DNA from: Kofleriaceae bacterium
GTDB taxonomy: Bacteria; Myxococcota_A; Polyangia; Haliangiales; Haliangiaceae
DNA length: 64,000 nt
NCBI GenBank assembly: GCA_965215005.1
Contig: CBDCCZ010000010.1
Span: forward strand, 1 to 64,000
Direction of reading: 5' to 3'
The notes beneath the pieces are model-generated. The model did no database searches. It had not been told where the DNA came from and saw nothing but the letters and a program-made list of their open reading frames with translations. Below, one piece after another: positions 1-9,983 of the stretch. The position numbers were made by a program, and so were the translations under genes. Position 1 is the stretch's first letter, and the number at the start of each line of letters is the position of its first letter.

Positions 1-1743
1 GATGAAGTCATCAAAGACATTCTGTTTGGCGAGCTTGCGTCCGGCGTCGTACCACGCTTGGCCATACTCGCCGCCGCCGCGAAGGTTGGCTACTGCGACC
101 AGCCCGCCCATCTCCATCCAAACCTGCAGAGCCGGGCTGAATTTGGGAGTGATGGCAATATTGAAACCGCCATAGCCATAGAGATACGTCGGGTTGGTCC
201 CATCCAACCGCATCCCCTTCTTGTGCGACAAGTACATCGGAATGCGAGTTCCGTCCTTGCTCTGATAGAAGACCTGCTCGGTTACGTAGGCTGCCGCGTC
301 GAACTCCACGTTGGGTTGATGCAAGACCGTGCTGGTGTCGCCGGTGAGGTCATGGAGATAGACAGTCGAGGGCGAGAGATAGCTCTCGAATTCGAAAAAC
401 AGCTCCGGCTCGTCGGGATTGCCGTTGAACCCCGTCACCGTGCCGTGCGCGGGAAGCGCCACCTCGCCGCGCGGCTGCCCGCTCGCCGTATAGATCACGA
501 GCTTAGCGTGGGCATCCTCGAGGTAGTGCGCCACGATGGCCCCGCCGATGTGTTCGGCATCTCGCAAGGTCGCCGCTGTCTCGGGCACGAGCTCCTGCCA
601 TGCAGTCGCCCTAGGCTTGGCCAGAGACTTACCCAGCTCCACCGCCGCGATGCGCCCTCGCGGCGCGTCTTTCGTGGTGAGAAACCAGAGTGTGCGACCG
701 CGGCTACCGATCAACTCGTAGCTGTCACGCCACTCGTCAACCAGCGGCGACAACGCAAGCGGGTTTGCGGGCCCTTTCGCCGCGCCCGCCACCTTGCCCG
801 ATAACGCGCGCCGCGCCCGTGGCGTCTGCAAATCGGCAACGTACACGAGCGTTTCTTGACTTGAGTCGCGAGAGACCGAGACCACGAGGTAGCGGCCGTC
901 ATCGGTCACCTCGGGCCCGAACATCCATTGCGGCTCGCTCGGCGTTTCGAAGACCAAGACATCGGCAGACTGCGGCGTGCCGACGCGGTGAAAATACAGC
1001 TTCTGGTTCGAGTTGACCTGGCTTAGGGCGGTGCCTTCCGCGGGCTGCTCGTAGCGTCCATAGACGAAGCCGTTCCCATCGCGAGTCCAGGCGGCACCGG
1101 TAAACTTCGACCACTGCACCCGCTCTTCGTAGTCCTTGCCGGTAGCGACCTCACGCACGCGCCAGGTCTTCCAGTCGCTGCCCGCATCGGCCACCGCGTA
1201 GGCGATGCGCTTGCCGTCGTGACTGATGGAAACACCACTGAGCGCCACGGTTCCGTCTTTGCTCCAGGTGTTGGGGTCGAGCAGTACTTGCGGCTCGGCC
1301 GTCAGCGCCGGTTTCCAGTACAACACCGCCTGCGGCTGCAGCCCCTCGTTGCGACCAAAGAAGTAGCGGCCACCGCGCTTCACCGGTGCCGATTCCTTCG
1401 CGTAGTTCCACACGCTCTGCAGACGCCGGCGTATCGGCTCGCGAGCCGGCAGACTCTCGAGGTAGCCGAACGTCACCTGGTTTTGCGCCTCGACCCACGC
1501 GTTGAGCTCTTCGCCGCCTTGATCCTCTAGCCAGCGATACGGATCGGCGACGCGAGTGCCGTGGAAGTCCTCGACCACGTCGACCCGGCGGGTCAGAGGA
1601 TAGGCAAGCGCCTCAGCTGATTTTTCAGCCTCCACCGCGGTTGCAGGCTGCGCCGCTGGCTCCCTTGCCGACGGTGCCTTCGAACCGCCACACGCGAGCA
1701 GATTCACCAACGCCAAAGCGGCCCATCGATTCCCGTTGCTCAT
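1..1743 (-). CDS. Prolyl oligopeptidase (S9A family), lipoprotein-like N-terminus; 3' end runs off the window
   Basis: Not in the ORF track because there is no stop in the window. Manual translation from ATG 1743: MSNGNRWAALALVNLLAC...YPLTRRVDVVEDFHGTRVADPYRWLED... and at the window edge ANLRGGGEYGQAWYDAGRKLAKQNVFDDFI, both hallmark POP motifs. Confidence 0.93.
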   Translation of the reverse strand, partial: MSNGNRWAALALVNLLACGGSKAPSAREPAAQPATAVEAEKSAEALAYPLTRRVDVVEDFHGTRVADPYRWLEDQGGEELNAWVEAQNQVTFGYLESLPAREPIRRRLQSVWNYAKESAPVKRGGRYFFGRNEGLQPQAVLYWKPALTAEPQVLLDPNTWSKDGTVALSGVSISHDGKRIAYAVADAGSDWKTWRVREVATGKDYEERVQWSKFTGAAWTRDGNGFVYGRYEQPAEGTALSQVNSNQKLYFHRVGTPQSADVLVFETPSEPQWMFGPEVTDDGRYLVVSVSRDSSQETLVYVADLQTPRARRALSGKVAGAAKGPANPLALSPLVDEWRDSYELIGSRGRTLWFLTTKDAPRGRIAAVELGKSLAKPRATAWQELVPETAATLRDAEHIGGAIVAHYLEDAHAKLVIYTASGQPRGEVALPAHGTVTGFNGNPDEPELFFEFESYLSPSTVYLHDLTGDTSTVLHQPNVEFDAAAYVTEQVFYQSKDGTRIPMYLSHKKGMRLDGTNPTYLYGYGGFNIAITPKFSPALQVWMEMGGLVAVANLRGGGEYGQAWYDAGRKLAKQNVFDDFI

Positions 1744-2085
1744 GGCCGCGACGCTACCGCGACCTTATGAGCGTCGAAACGCACCCCGCACTAAAATCGC
1801 CTAGCCCGTCGCCATGAGCGTCCGTGGACGCCAAGCCTGCGAGGCCGCCATGGCGCCGCGCATCGTCCTGCCGACAACCGCCGCAGCTCTGAACGCGCCC
1901 GCGACGCCGACGCACCATCATCACGCCGGGCTCTCAGCGGGTGCGGCTCTGGCGGCACGCGCGGGCAGCGCGGCAAGTTGGTACACGCGTGCGGATTTGC
2001 CCCGCTACGCCGGTTTCCTGCGGCAGCGCTGCGCTGGTAGCAGCCAGAGCCCCTGCCCCACTTCTTGCAGGCGCCACGGCTGTTC

Positions 2086-3204
2086 ATGCAAAGAGTGGAG
2101 CTCAGCAGTGACGAGCGCACGGCCATCGTCCACGCCGCACCACAGCTCAACGTCGATTCTGCCGGGACCCTCTACGAAACCCTGCGCACGCTATCGCGCA
2201 AGCAATCGGTCGAGCGTGTGGTCGTCGACTTCGCGGACGTCGTCGACCTCGACACCGCCGGCGTCACCGTGATCACCCTCGGCATTCGTCTGCTCCGTGA
2301 GCATGACAAGACGCTTGCTATCGAGAACCTGCGCGATCGCCACCGCGAGGCGTTTGCACTGGTGCCGCAGCTGCCGGCGGTGGAGCCGCCTTCGGCGCGC
2401 GAGCATGTGTCGCTGGCCGAACGCACCGGCGCCCGCGCCTACCGCACGTGGGACTCATTTGCCGAAACCGCCGAGCTAATCGTCGATACTCTCGCCACCG
2501 CGCTTCGCTGCCTGACCCGCCGCGAGCGTATGCCGCGCGGCAGCTTCGTCGAGCAAGCGGTGCGACTTGGCGCCGACGCGTTTGCCATTGTCGCGCTTCT
2601 GAGCGTGCTCATGGGAATCATCTTGTCGCTGCAGTCGGCGTATCAGCTGCAGAAGTTCGGCGCGGAGATCTACGTGGCCGACTTGCTCGGCTTGTCGATG
2701 GTCCGCGAGTTCGGCCCGTTTCTCACGGCCATCATTTTGACCGGTCGCAGCGGCGCCGCGCTGGCGGCCGAGCTCGGCACCATGCAGGTGCGCGATGAGG
2801 TCGCCGCGCTCGAAACCATGGGCGTCGGCGTGAGCCGCTACTTGGTATTGCCGCGCATTGCGGCCCTGACAGTGGTGCAGCCGGCACTGTCGCTGCTCTC
2901 CATGGCGCTCGGCATCTCTGGCGGCATGTTCCTGTTGTGGATGATGGACACCTCGGCGGCCGCGTTTTGGAACCGCATGATCGCCATCCTCACGCTTTCG
3001 GACGTGTGGGTCGGCCTCAGCAAAAGCCTCGTATTTGCCTGGATCATCGGGTTTACGGGCATTGCTAGTGGCCTACGCACCAAAGGCGCCGCCACCAGCG
3101 TCGGCCGTTCCACCACGCGGGCGGTGGTGACCAGCATCTTTCTAATCATCGTCGCCGACAGCATCTTCGCCACCCTCTCGACCACGGTGCAAAGTGGCGG
3201 ATGA
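2086..3204 (+). CDS. mlaE: MlaE-family ABC permease with N-terminal STAS domain
   Basis: STAS motif VVVDFADVVDLDTAGV; permease motifs REFGPFLTAIILTGRSGAALAAELGTM and VGRSTTRAVV. Confidence 0.9.
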   Translation: MQRVELSSDERTAIVHAAPQLNVDSAGTLYETLRTLSRKQSVERVVVDFADVVDLDTAGVTVITLGIRLLREHDKTLAIENLRDRHREAFALVPQLPAVEPPSAREHVSLAERTGARAYRTWDSFAETAELIVDTLATALRCLTRRERMPRGSFVEQAVRLGADAFAIVALLSVLMGIILSLQSAYQLQKFGAEIYVADLLGLSMVREFGPFLTAIILTGRSGAALAAELGTMQVRDEVAALETMGVGVSRYLVLPRIAALTVVQPALSLLSMALGISGGMFLLWMMDTSAAAFWNRMIAILTLSDVWVGLSKSLVFAWIIGFTGIASGLRTKGAATSVGRSTTRAVVTSIFLIIVADSIFATLSTTVQSGG

Positions 3205-3988
3205 CGTCTTCATCGCGTGCCGGCAGCTCACGCTGGGGTACGGTAATACGCCGATTCTCGAGGGGGTGGACTTCGAGATTCGCCGCGGCGAGATCGTGAG
3301 CATCCTGGGTGGCTCCGGCTCGGGAAAGTCGACCCTGCTCAAGGCGATCGTTGGACTGCTGCCGCCGCTCGCGGGCGTGGTCGAGCTCTACGGCCAGAAC
3401 GTGTACACGATGGACCGGGTGCAGCGGCGCGAGCTGCTGCGCCGCACGGGAATGCTGTTTCAGCAGGACGCGTTGTTCGGTTCAATGAACGTGCTCGACA
3501 ACGTCGCGCTGCCGCTGCGCGAAACCACCAAGTTACCCGAGCCGATCATCATCGAGATGGCTCGCATGCGGCTTTCGCTGGTCGGGTTGGGCGAATATGG
3601 CGATCGGCTGCCCGAGCAGCTATCGGGCGGCCAGCGCAAACGCGTGGCATTGGCCAGAGCCTCCATTCTCGACCCAGACATCATCTTCTGCGACGAGCCC
3701 ACCTCCGGTCTCGATCCGGTCACCGCGGCGCAGCTCGATGACACCTTGCTGCGCTTTCGCGAGGCGCTCGGCAACACGATCGTCGCCGTTACCCATGACC
3801 TCGGCAGCATCCGCATGATCAGCGACTGGGCACTCATGCTCGGCGAAGGCCGGCTGCGCGCCGCGGGAACCATCGCCGAGCTCGAAGCCTCCGACGATCC
3901 CGCGGTGATTCGCTTCCTCGGCCGTGAATCGGCGTTGCGCAAGGTCGATCAACGCGACGTTCTGCGCGAGGTTGGCGCCGCGAGGTAG
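3194..3988 (+). CDS. mlaF: MlaF/Mkl-type ABC ATPase
   Basis: Walker A GGSGSGKS, signature LSGGQRKRVALARA, DEPTSGLDP; overlaps mlaE. Confidence 0.9.
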   Translation: MADDVFIACRQLTLGYGNTPILEGVDFEIRRGEIVSILGGSGSGKSTLLKAIVGLLPPLAGVVELYGQNVYTMDRVQRRELLRRTGMLFQQDALFGSMNVLDNVALPLRETTKLPEPIIIEMARMRLSLVGLGEYGDRLPEQLSGGQRKRVALARASILDPDIIFCDEPTSGLDPVTAAQLDDTLLRFREALGNTIVAVTHDLGSIRMISDWALMLGEGRLRAAGTIAELEASDDPAVIRFLGRESALRKVDQRDVLREVGAAR

Positions 3989-4016
3989 CTGCCAGAGAGC
4001 GGCCAGAGAGACGAAC

Positions 4017-4943
4017 ATGGCAACCAAAGCACAAAATGCCAAACTCGGCGCCCTTCTCCTTGCCGCCGCAGCGGTGCTCCTCATCCTGCTGGTGTTCGTT
4101 GGCGGTATGGCGCTGCTCGCCGAGGAGAATACGTACTTCGTCGTGGTAGACGACAGCGTGAGTGGCCTCGAGGCAGGCTCGCCGGTCAAGATCCTCGGGG
4201 TGCCCGTCGGTACCGTCGACACCGTCGAGCTCGTCGAGCCGCACGCTGTTCAGGTCAAGGCAACGTTCTCTGTCGATGCCGACAACCGCATCAACAAAGG
4301 AGCCAAGGCCTATCTCAAGCGCCAAGGCGTGACCGAGCTGCGCTACATCGACATCGGCAATGGCGACCCCTCCGCAGGACCGCTTCCGCCGGGCAGTGAG
4401 CTCGAGCACGGCGAGACCCCTCTCGATCAACTGATGAACAGCGCCGAAGCGGTCGCGCAGCAAACCGAGAAGCTCATGAGCACCATCGATGGGCTCGTCG
4501 GTTCCGCTAGTGGTGCGGTCGACGGCATCGATCCCAGCCGCCTAAATGAGCTCTTCGCGAGCGCAGAAGGCACCATGAACAGGCTCGAAGGCGCCGCCGG
4601 TGAGCTCGAGGCGCTGATGCGCGAGAGCCGTGAGGTGGTGCGCGAGAGCCGCCAGCCGCTGCGACAAACGCTCGAGCAGACAGCCGCCGCAGCCTCGAGC
4701 GCACGCTCTGGCTTTGATAAGGCAGATATTTTTGCCGGCCGCGCCGATGTCATCATCGCCGATGTGCGAGCGCTGGTGCAGGAGCTGTCGCAAACCGTCG
4801 GTGGCAACGATGAGCAAGTGCGCCGGACGCTTCTCAACTTGCGCCAAGCCAGCGAGAGCATCGAGCGCTTTGCCGAGGAGCTGCGGCGCGATCCATCGAA
4901 GATTCTGTTTGGCGACCCGCCGGCGGAAAGGAAGCTGCCGTGA
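4017..4943 (+). CDS. mlaD: MlaD/MCE-domain protein with long helical C-terminus
   Basis: N-terminal TM, MCE motif SVSGLEAGSPVKILGVPVGTV, C-terminal LRRDPSKILFG. Confidence 0.88.
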   Translation: MATKAQNAKLGALLLAAAAVLLILLVFVGGMALLAEENTYFVVVDDSVSGLEAGSPVKILGVPVGTVDTVELVEPHAVQVKATFSVDADNRINKGAKAYLKRQGVTELRYIDIGNGDPSAGPLPPGSELEHGETPLDQLMNSAEAVAQQTEKLMSTIDGLVGSASGAVDGIDPSRLNELFASAEGTMNRLEGAAGELEALMRESREVVRESRQPLRQTLEQTAAAASSARSGFDKADIFAGRADVIIADVRALVQELSQTVGGNDEQVRRTLLNLRQASESIERFAEELRRDPSKILFGDPPAERKLP

Positions 4944-5548
4944 AGACGTTGCCAACGATCATTCTCGCTGTATTCGCCGCCTGCGGCGGTTCCCAGCCGC
5001 AAACGCGCTACTACCGATTGGCGGCGCCACAGCTAGAGGAGCGTGCTCCGCAGCCAGCCGATCCGGCCATCACTATCGAGCCGCTGGCGGTCGATGATGC
5101 GTACGCCGACGAGCGCATCGTCTACCGGACCAGCCCCTACAAGCTCGACTACTACTACTATCATCGCTGGGCCTCTCCCCCCGAGCAGCTGGTCACCGAC
5201 TTCCTGCAGCGCGGTTACGAGGCGAGCGGCCAGTTCAGTCGCGTGGTGCGTGATGCTCGCGGCGATGACACCGCTATTCTCCGCGGCCGCCTCGTCGCCT
5301 TTGAAGAAATCGACGAGAACAACCACGACTGGGTAGGCCGCGTGGAGCTGGTGTTGCAGCTCGAAGATGCGCAGACCGGCGTAGTCCTTTGGTCACAACG
5401 GTTCAACGAGCGCCAAGCGCTCCCCGAACAAGATCCCGAGGGGCTCGCGGCGGCGCTCAGCAGCGCGATGGCGCGCATCGTCGAGCGAAGCGCCCCCGAA
5501 ATCGCTAAAGCCGCCGCGGAGAATCGCGCCACTGCCTCGGCGCAATGA
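4940..5548 (+). CDS. PqiC-like ABC-transport auxiliary lipoprotein
   Basis: Lipobox FAAC; TRYYRL, IVYR, YYYHRWASPP motifs; GTGA overlap with the MCE gene. Confidence 0.85.
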   Translation: MKTLPTIILAVFAACGGSQPQTRYYRLAAPQLEERAPQPADPAITIEPLAVDDAYADERIVYRTSPYKLDYYYYHRWASPPEQLVTDFLQRGYEASGQFSRVVRDARGDDTAILRGRLVAFEEIDENNHDWVGRVELVLQLEDAQTGVVLWSQRFNERQALPEQDPEGLAAALSSAMARIVERSAPEIAKAAAENRATASAQ

Positions 5549-5561
5549 GCCGCTCGCGGCG

Positions 5562-8500
5562 CTATCCGGGATGCGACCAACCCGCCACTAACATTGCGCC
5601 GAAGCGCTCGGGGCAGCGCGCGCCAGCGGCGCTCATCCAGCGATGCGCCCGCTGATCAAGCTCCGTGCCTTCCTGGCCGCCGAGCAAGACGCCGAGCCGG
5701 AGCTCTATCGCCGCCACTAGCGGCGCCACCGCCAGCGAATTGCATTGCTGCAGCGCCACGCGCAACGCGGCAATAGCGTGCTCGGGCCGCTCGGCGAGCT
5801 GCTCGCAACCGGCCCGAAGAAGCGGCGCCAGCGCCGCCGCCATCGGCAAGCGTTGGCGCGAGAGAGTACGCAAATGAGCCCCGGCCTTGTGCAGATAAGC
5901 GGCCTTGGCCTCGCCATCACCGCGCGCGCCAGCGGCGTTTGCCAGCGCCAAGCACAGCCGTCCCTGCGTCCATTCAGCCTCGGTGCGAAAGAACGCCACT
6001 CGCGCCAATCCTGAGCTGCGCATGCGCGCCCAGCCAACTTCGAGCTCGTCAGCTCGCTGCTCCACGTCACCGAGATACAGCGCGGCCATCGAGCGGCACA
6101 CCAGCGCCCAGTAGTGCTGATTGAGAAACTCCCGGCCATCGGGCAACCAGCTAGCGAGCGCCGCAGCGACGTCGCGCCGCGCATCGCCGGGGCGATCGTC
6201 GAGAATATCGAGCTGCGCGAAGTAGCAGCGCAAGCTCACTTCCAGGAAGCGATTGCCGACGCGCTGCGCCTCGCGCACATGCGCCGGGACCCGTCTGTTG
6301 AGCTCGCGGAGCTCGCCGAGAAACAGCAGCGACCAACAGGCGAACTGGTTGGCGATATCGAGCTCCCAGCCCTGACCATGGCCAGCGGCGCGCCAAAGCC
6401 GGGCAGACTCTTTGGCGCCAGCGAGGGCCTCGCGCCAGTCGCAGCGCTCGAGGAACGCGGTCGTGAAATCTGCCGAGGTGGCGTAGAAGCGCACCAGCTC
6501 GGAGCCGTCGGCATCGGCGATGCGATGCGCCGCCTGCCGAAACCGCTGCGACTGCCGCCGCCAGCCAAGTGCGCTCGAGGCCATCGCCGCTGCCGCCAGC
6601 GCCCGACTGATGCGCGTCGGCTCGCCGGCGGCAAGTGCCAGCAGCATGCCGCGCGTTGAAAACAGCGCACCCGCCCACGAGTCGACCATCGCCAGTCCCG
6701 AGGCCAGCGACCAACAGACGTCGACCCGGCGCAGCTCAGCCGGTGCCAGCTCGCTCGCCGCCCGTGGCCGCCAACGCAGCGGCCGAAGCGAGAGCCGCGC
6801 ATGCGCCCACGCAAGGCTCGCGACGGTGCCGCGTGTGGTGCGCGGCAGCTTCATGCCGACGTCGTCGATCACGGCTTGAACGGCGGCCAAGCCGGGCGTC
6901 AGATAGCCCCCTTTGAGGAACAGATCAGCGGCGCGACGTTGCAGCTCCAGCCGCGCGCTAGGCTCTTCTTCAGCACGCGCAGCGTCGAGAAACGACAGCG
7001 CCGCTTCTTCGGAACGACCGGCGTTGCCGAGGGCTTCTGCCAGCGCGATGCGCAGCGCGCGGTCGGTCGCGGCTGGCTGCTCATCGAGGCTGAGGGTGAA
7101 CCGAAACAAGTCGGCCGCGCGATCGAAATCCAGCTGCGTCGCGGCCTCATCGGCCGCCTGCATCGCATGCTGCGCGGCGCGGCTGCGATCGCCAGCGCCG
7201 TGCCAGTGACGCGCTAGCCGCTGCGCACCGCCGTCACTCCAGCTCTGCAGCGCCACGGCCAGGGCTCGATGATGCTCGCGCATGACCTCGGGCGCGAGCG
7301 CGTTGAGCACCGCGTCGCGAATGCGATCGTGGTTGGGCTCGATCGTGTCGTCACGACGGCTGCCGGTGGTGCGAAGCAGCCGAGCACTCGCCAGCCGCTC
7401 GACGTGTCGCGACAGCTCGCGAAAATCCAGCTGCGCGGCGTCGGCAATCGCTCGCCTCGAGGTTGGCTCGCCCGCCACGCACGCCAGCTCGAGCACCCGA
7501 TGCGCAGCGCTGCCAAGCGCGCTCACCCGCGCACGCAGTACCTCGTCTAGTGACAGCGCAACATGACCGCGCTCGGTGCTGTTCAAGTAGCGGGCGAGCT
7601 CGAGCGCGAACAGCGGACTGCCCGCCGACTCGGCGACGACACGGGCGATGGTTGCTGGGTCGACCTCACCGAGCGCTTCGGTCGCCAACGCCCGCACCGC
7701 TTCGACACTCATGCCGGGGAGCTCGAGGTGCTCGACGCCGCCGGGAAGCTGCTCCAAGACCCGCGCGAACGCCAGCGCCGCGCGACTCGGCGGCGCATCG
7801 CTGCCGCGCCGCGCTACCAAGAGCAAGATGCGCGGCGGCTCCGGTGGCCGCAACACGTCCGCAAGCAACGTGATGGTGTCGGCGTCGAGCCACTGCGCGT
7901 CGTCGAGCACTATCACCACCGGATGACGCTCGGCAGTGCGCTCGAGCAACTCGCGCAAAGCGGCGAAACCGCGCGTACGCCGCTCTTGCGGGTCTTTGGG
8001 CGCCGCCGTGCGCGGAACCTTGGCCACCGCCGGAACTCGATCGAGCACCGGAAACAGCCGCGTGAGGTTACCGGTGTCGCGCGGAATCAGCGCCGCCGCC
8101 TCGCGCGGAGGCAGCGACCGCCACATCTGGCTGAGCTGATCGATGACCTGATCGATGGCTTTGTACGGTACCGACTCACGGCCGTAGCAACGGCCGCGTA
8201 AGGTCACCGCAGCGCCATCGCCGAGCCTCAGCCGGGCGAGCAACTCGTCGATCAGTGCGCTCTTGCCGATCCCGGTATCTCCTTCGATCACCGCGGCGGC
8301 GGCGTGCTGGCGCGAGCGCGTCACGGCGCGCGTGAGCCGCTCGAGCTCCAAATCGCGGCCGACGAACGCACCGCGCGCACTGCCCTCGAAGGTTCGCGGA
8401 CGCGGCAGCGATGGACGCGATGCGCGGGCAAGCCGCGTTAGCACCTCTTCACCACTAGGACGCTCCGCTGGATCGATCGCCAGCAGCTGAACACACAGCT

Positions 8501-9269
8501 CGTCGAGATCGGCAGGCACGCCGCTCACGCGGGCACTGGGGGGCGGCGCGAGCTGCTCTTGCTTGCGCAACAGCACGTCTAGAGGCGCGCCTTCGAACGG
8601 CGGCGCACCGGTCAACGTGTGATAGAGAAGCGCACCGACCGAGTACCAATCGGCGGCCGGTCCCAACGTGCTGACCGAGCGTGCCTGTTCGGGCGCCATG
8701 TAATCGGCAGTGCCAACGATCGCCGCGGACGATGCGCGGCCGCGCCGCTCGTCGTCGAGCTCGACCGCAAAGCCAAAGTCGAGGATGACCACGCGGCCGG
8801 TCGCGGTCACCATCACGTTGCTCGGCTTGAGGTCGCGATGCAGTTTCCCCGCTTCGTGCAACGCGTGCACGCCTTCCACGAGCTGGCGCAGTGCTGGCCG
8901 AAGACGGGTTTCGTCCAGCGGTGCTTGCCCTGGAGCGGCCGTATCGCGGCCACAATAGGCGGTGAAGTCAGCACCGCGCACGAGCTCCATGGTGAACAGC
9001 CAGATCCCTTCCTCGACGATGAGGTCGTAGAGGGTGACGAGGTTGGGATGCTGCAGATCGGCGAGCGCGCGAAACTCTTGCTTGAGGCGATAGAGCGACT
9101 CGGAGTCGACGTGGCGCAGCGTCTTGAGCGCCACCAGCTCATCGCGCTCGGAATCTTCGGCCTCGTAGACCACGCCGAGCCCGCCTTCGCCGAGCCGACG
9201 AAGGATTTGATAGCGACGCGCGGCAGCGCGAGCATCGCCAAGCGCGCCGATGATGTGCGGCTCCCCCAC
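5562..9269 (-). CDS. Ser/Thr kinase fused to AAA/STAND-like ATPase and helical-repeat C-terminus (1235 aa)
   Basis: LGEGGLGVVY, VALK, HRDLKPSN, DFG, YMAPE; then FVGRDLE, Walker A GDTGIGKS, Walker B VIVLDDAQW. Confidence 0.9.
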   Translation of the reverse strand: MGEPHIIGALGDARAAARRYQILRRLGEGGLGVVYEAEDSERDELVALKTLRHVDSESLYRLKQEFRALADLQHPNLVTLYDLIVEEGIWLFTMELVRGADFTAYCGRDTAAPGQAPLDETRLRPALRQLVEGVHALHEAGKLHRDLKPSNVMVTATGRVVILDFGFAVELDDERRGRASSAAIVGTADYMAPEQARSVSTLGPAADWYSVGALLYHTLTGAPPFEGAPLDVLLRKQEQLAPPPSARVSGVPADLDELCVQLLAIDPAERPSGEEVLTRLARASRPSLPRPRTFEGSARGAFVGRDLELERLTRAVTRSRQHAAAAVIEGDTGIGKSALIDELLARLRLGDGAAVTLRGRCYGRESVPYKAIDQVIDQLSQMWRSLPPREAAALIPRDTGNLTRLFPVLDRVPAVAKVPRTAAPKDPQERRTRGFAALRELLERTAERHPVVIVLDDAQWLDADTITLLADVLRPPEPPRILLLVARRGSDAPPSRAALAFARVLEQLPGGVEHLELPGMSVEAVRALATEALGEVDPATIARVVAESAGSPLFALELARYLNSTERGHVALSLDEVLRARVSALGSAAHRVLELACVAGEPTSRRAIADAAQLDFRELSRHVERLASARLLRTTGSRRDDTIEPNHDRIRDAVLNALAPEVMREHHRALAVALQSWSDGGAQRLARHWHGAGDRSRAAQHAMQAADEAATQLDFDRAADLFRFTLSLDEQPAATDRALRIALAEALGNAGRSEEAALSFLDAARAEEEPSARLELQRRAADLFLKGGYLTPGLAAVQAVIDDVGMKLPRTTRGTVASLAWAHARLSLRPLRWRPRAASELAPAELRRVDVCWSLASGLAMVDSWAGALFSTRGMLLALAAGEPTRISRALAAAAMASSALGWRRQSQRFRQAAHRIADADGSELVRFYATSADFTTAFLERCDWREALAGAKESARLWRAAGHGQGWELDIANQFACWSLLFLGELRELNRRVPAHVREAQRVGNRFLEVSLRCYFAQLDILDDRPGDARRDVAAALASWLPDGREFLNQHYWALVCRSMAALYLGDVEQRADELEVGWARMRSSGLARVAFFRTEAEWTQGRLCLALANAAGARGDGEAKAAYLHKAGAHLRTLSRQRLPMAAALAPLLRAGCEQLAERPEHAIAALRVALQQCNSLAVAPLVAAIELRLGVLLGGQEGTELDQRAHRWMSAAGARCPERFGAMLVAGWSHPG

Positions 9270-9343
9270 CGCTCATCAGTGTAAGCGGATTCGGAAGCCG
9301 TTTTCGTTGCCCAGCGCGGGTAACACATCGCGCACACGCGCGG

Positions 9344-9360
9344 TCCCCCGGCTCGGGGGA
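9344..9360. terminator. GC-rich hairpin downstream of slyD
   Basis: TCCCCCG-GCT-CGGGGGA perfect 7-bp stem 15 nt after the slyD stop; no U-tract. Confidence 0.35.
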
Positions 9361-9374
9361 TAGGCATGGCTACA

Positions 9375-9866
9375 TTAGTGGTGATGCCCGCCGGGGCCGT
9401 GCGGATGGCCATGCTGCTTCTCGTCAGCCGTTGCGGCGCGAACCCCAGCAACCTCGACATCGAAATGCAAGGTGACGCCGGCGAGCGGGTGATTGTGATC
9501 CACGATCACCCGCTCTTGATCGACATCGACGACCCACAGCGGAAACGATCCATCGGGGCCGTTGGCCACGACCTGCATCCCCTCCTCGAGGTCGGCGTCT
9601 TCCGGGAACGCGCTTCGCGGGACCTCTTGTGGCTCGGGACCACTGCGGGTGCCGTAGCCATCTTCTGGTGCAACGACCGCCTGAATCCGATCGCCAACAC
9701 GGCGGCCATTGAGCTCGCGCTCTAGGCCCGGAACGATGTTGTCGGCACCGTGCAGGTAACACAGCGGCTCGCCATCGCTGGAGCTATCGATGACGTGCCC
9801 GTCGGAGTCGCGCAGAGTGTAGTGAATCGTGACGACCGTGCCGTCTGCAATTGCTTCGCTTGCCAT
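9375..9866 (-). CDS. slyD: SlyD-type FKBP peptidyl-prolyl isomerase
   Basis: VVTIHYTL, YLHGADNIVPGLE, DHNHPLAGVTLHFDVEV, His-rich tail HGHPHGPGGHHH. Confidence 0.93.
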   Translation of the reverse strand: MASEAIADGTVVTIHYTLRDSDGHVIDSSSDGEPLCYLHGADNIVPGLERELNGRRVGDRIQAVVAPEDGYGTRSGPEPQEVPRSAFPEDADLEEGMQVVANGPDGSFPLWVVDVDQERVIVDHNHPLAGVTLHFDVEVAGVRAATADEKQHGHPHGPGGHHH

Positions 9867-9983
9867 ACGCACGCCTACCACGGCGGCGGCCGGGTGCCGA
9901 GTGACCCTGGCTGCGAATCGGGCGGCGTCACCAATCCCGCGGCGGCGTATTCGCTGCCCCTGGCGGTGCGTATGCTGCGCGCC

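Noticed and set aside
58..804. 248-aa plus-strand ORF and many similar long antisense ORFs (e.g. 17868-18953, 22572-23822, 55084-56205)
   Set aside because: They are shadows of clearly identified genes on the opposite strand, expected in high-GC DNA.
1791..2085. ORFs in the POP-mlaE intergenic region
   Set aside because: Ala/Arg/Pro-rich, no motifs and no RBS; more likely divergent promoter space.
2086..5548. MCE operon without MlaC/MlaA as a novel system
   Set aside because: STAS-MlaE, MlaF, MlaD and a PqiC-like lipoprotein is a known, widespread arrangement.
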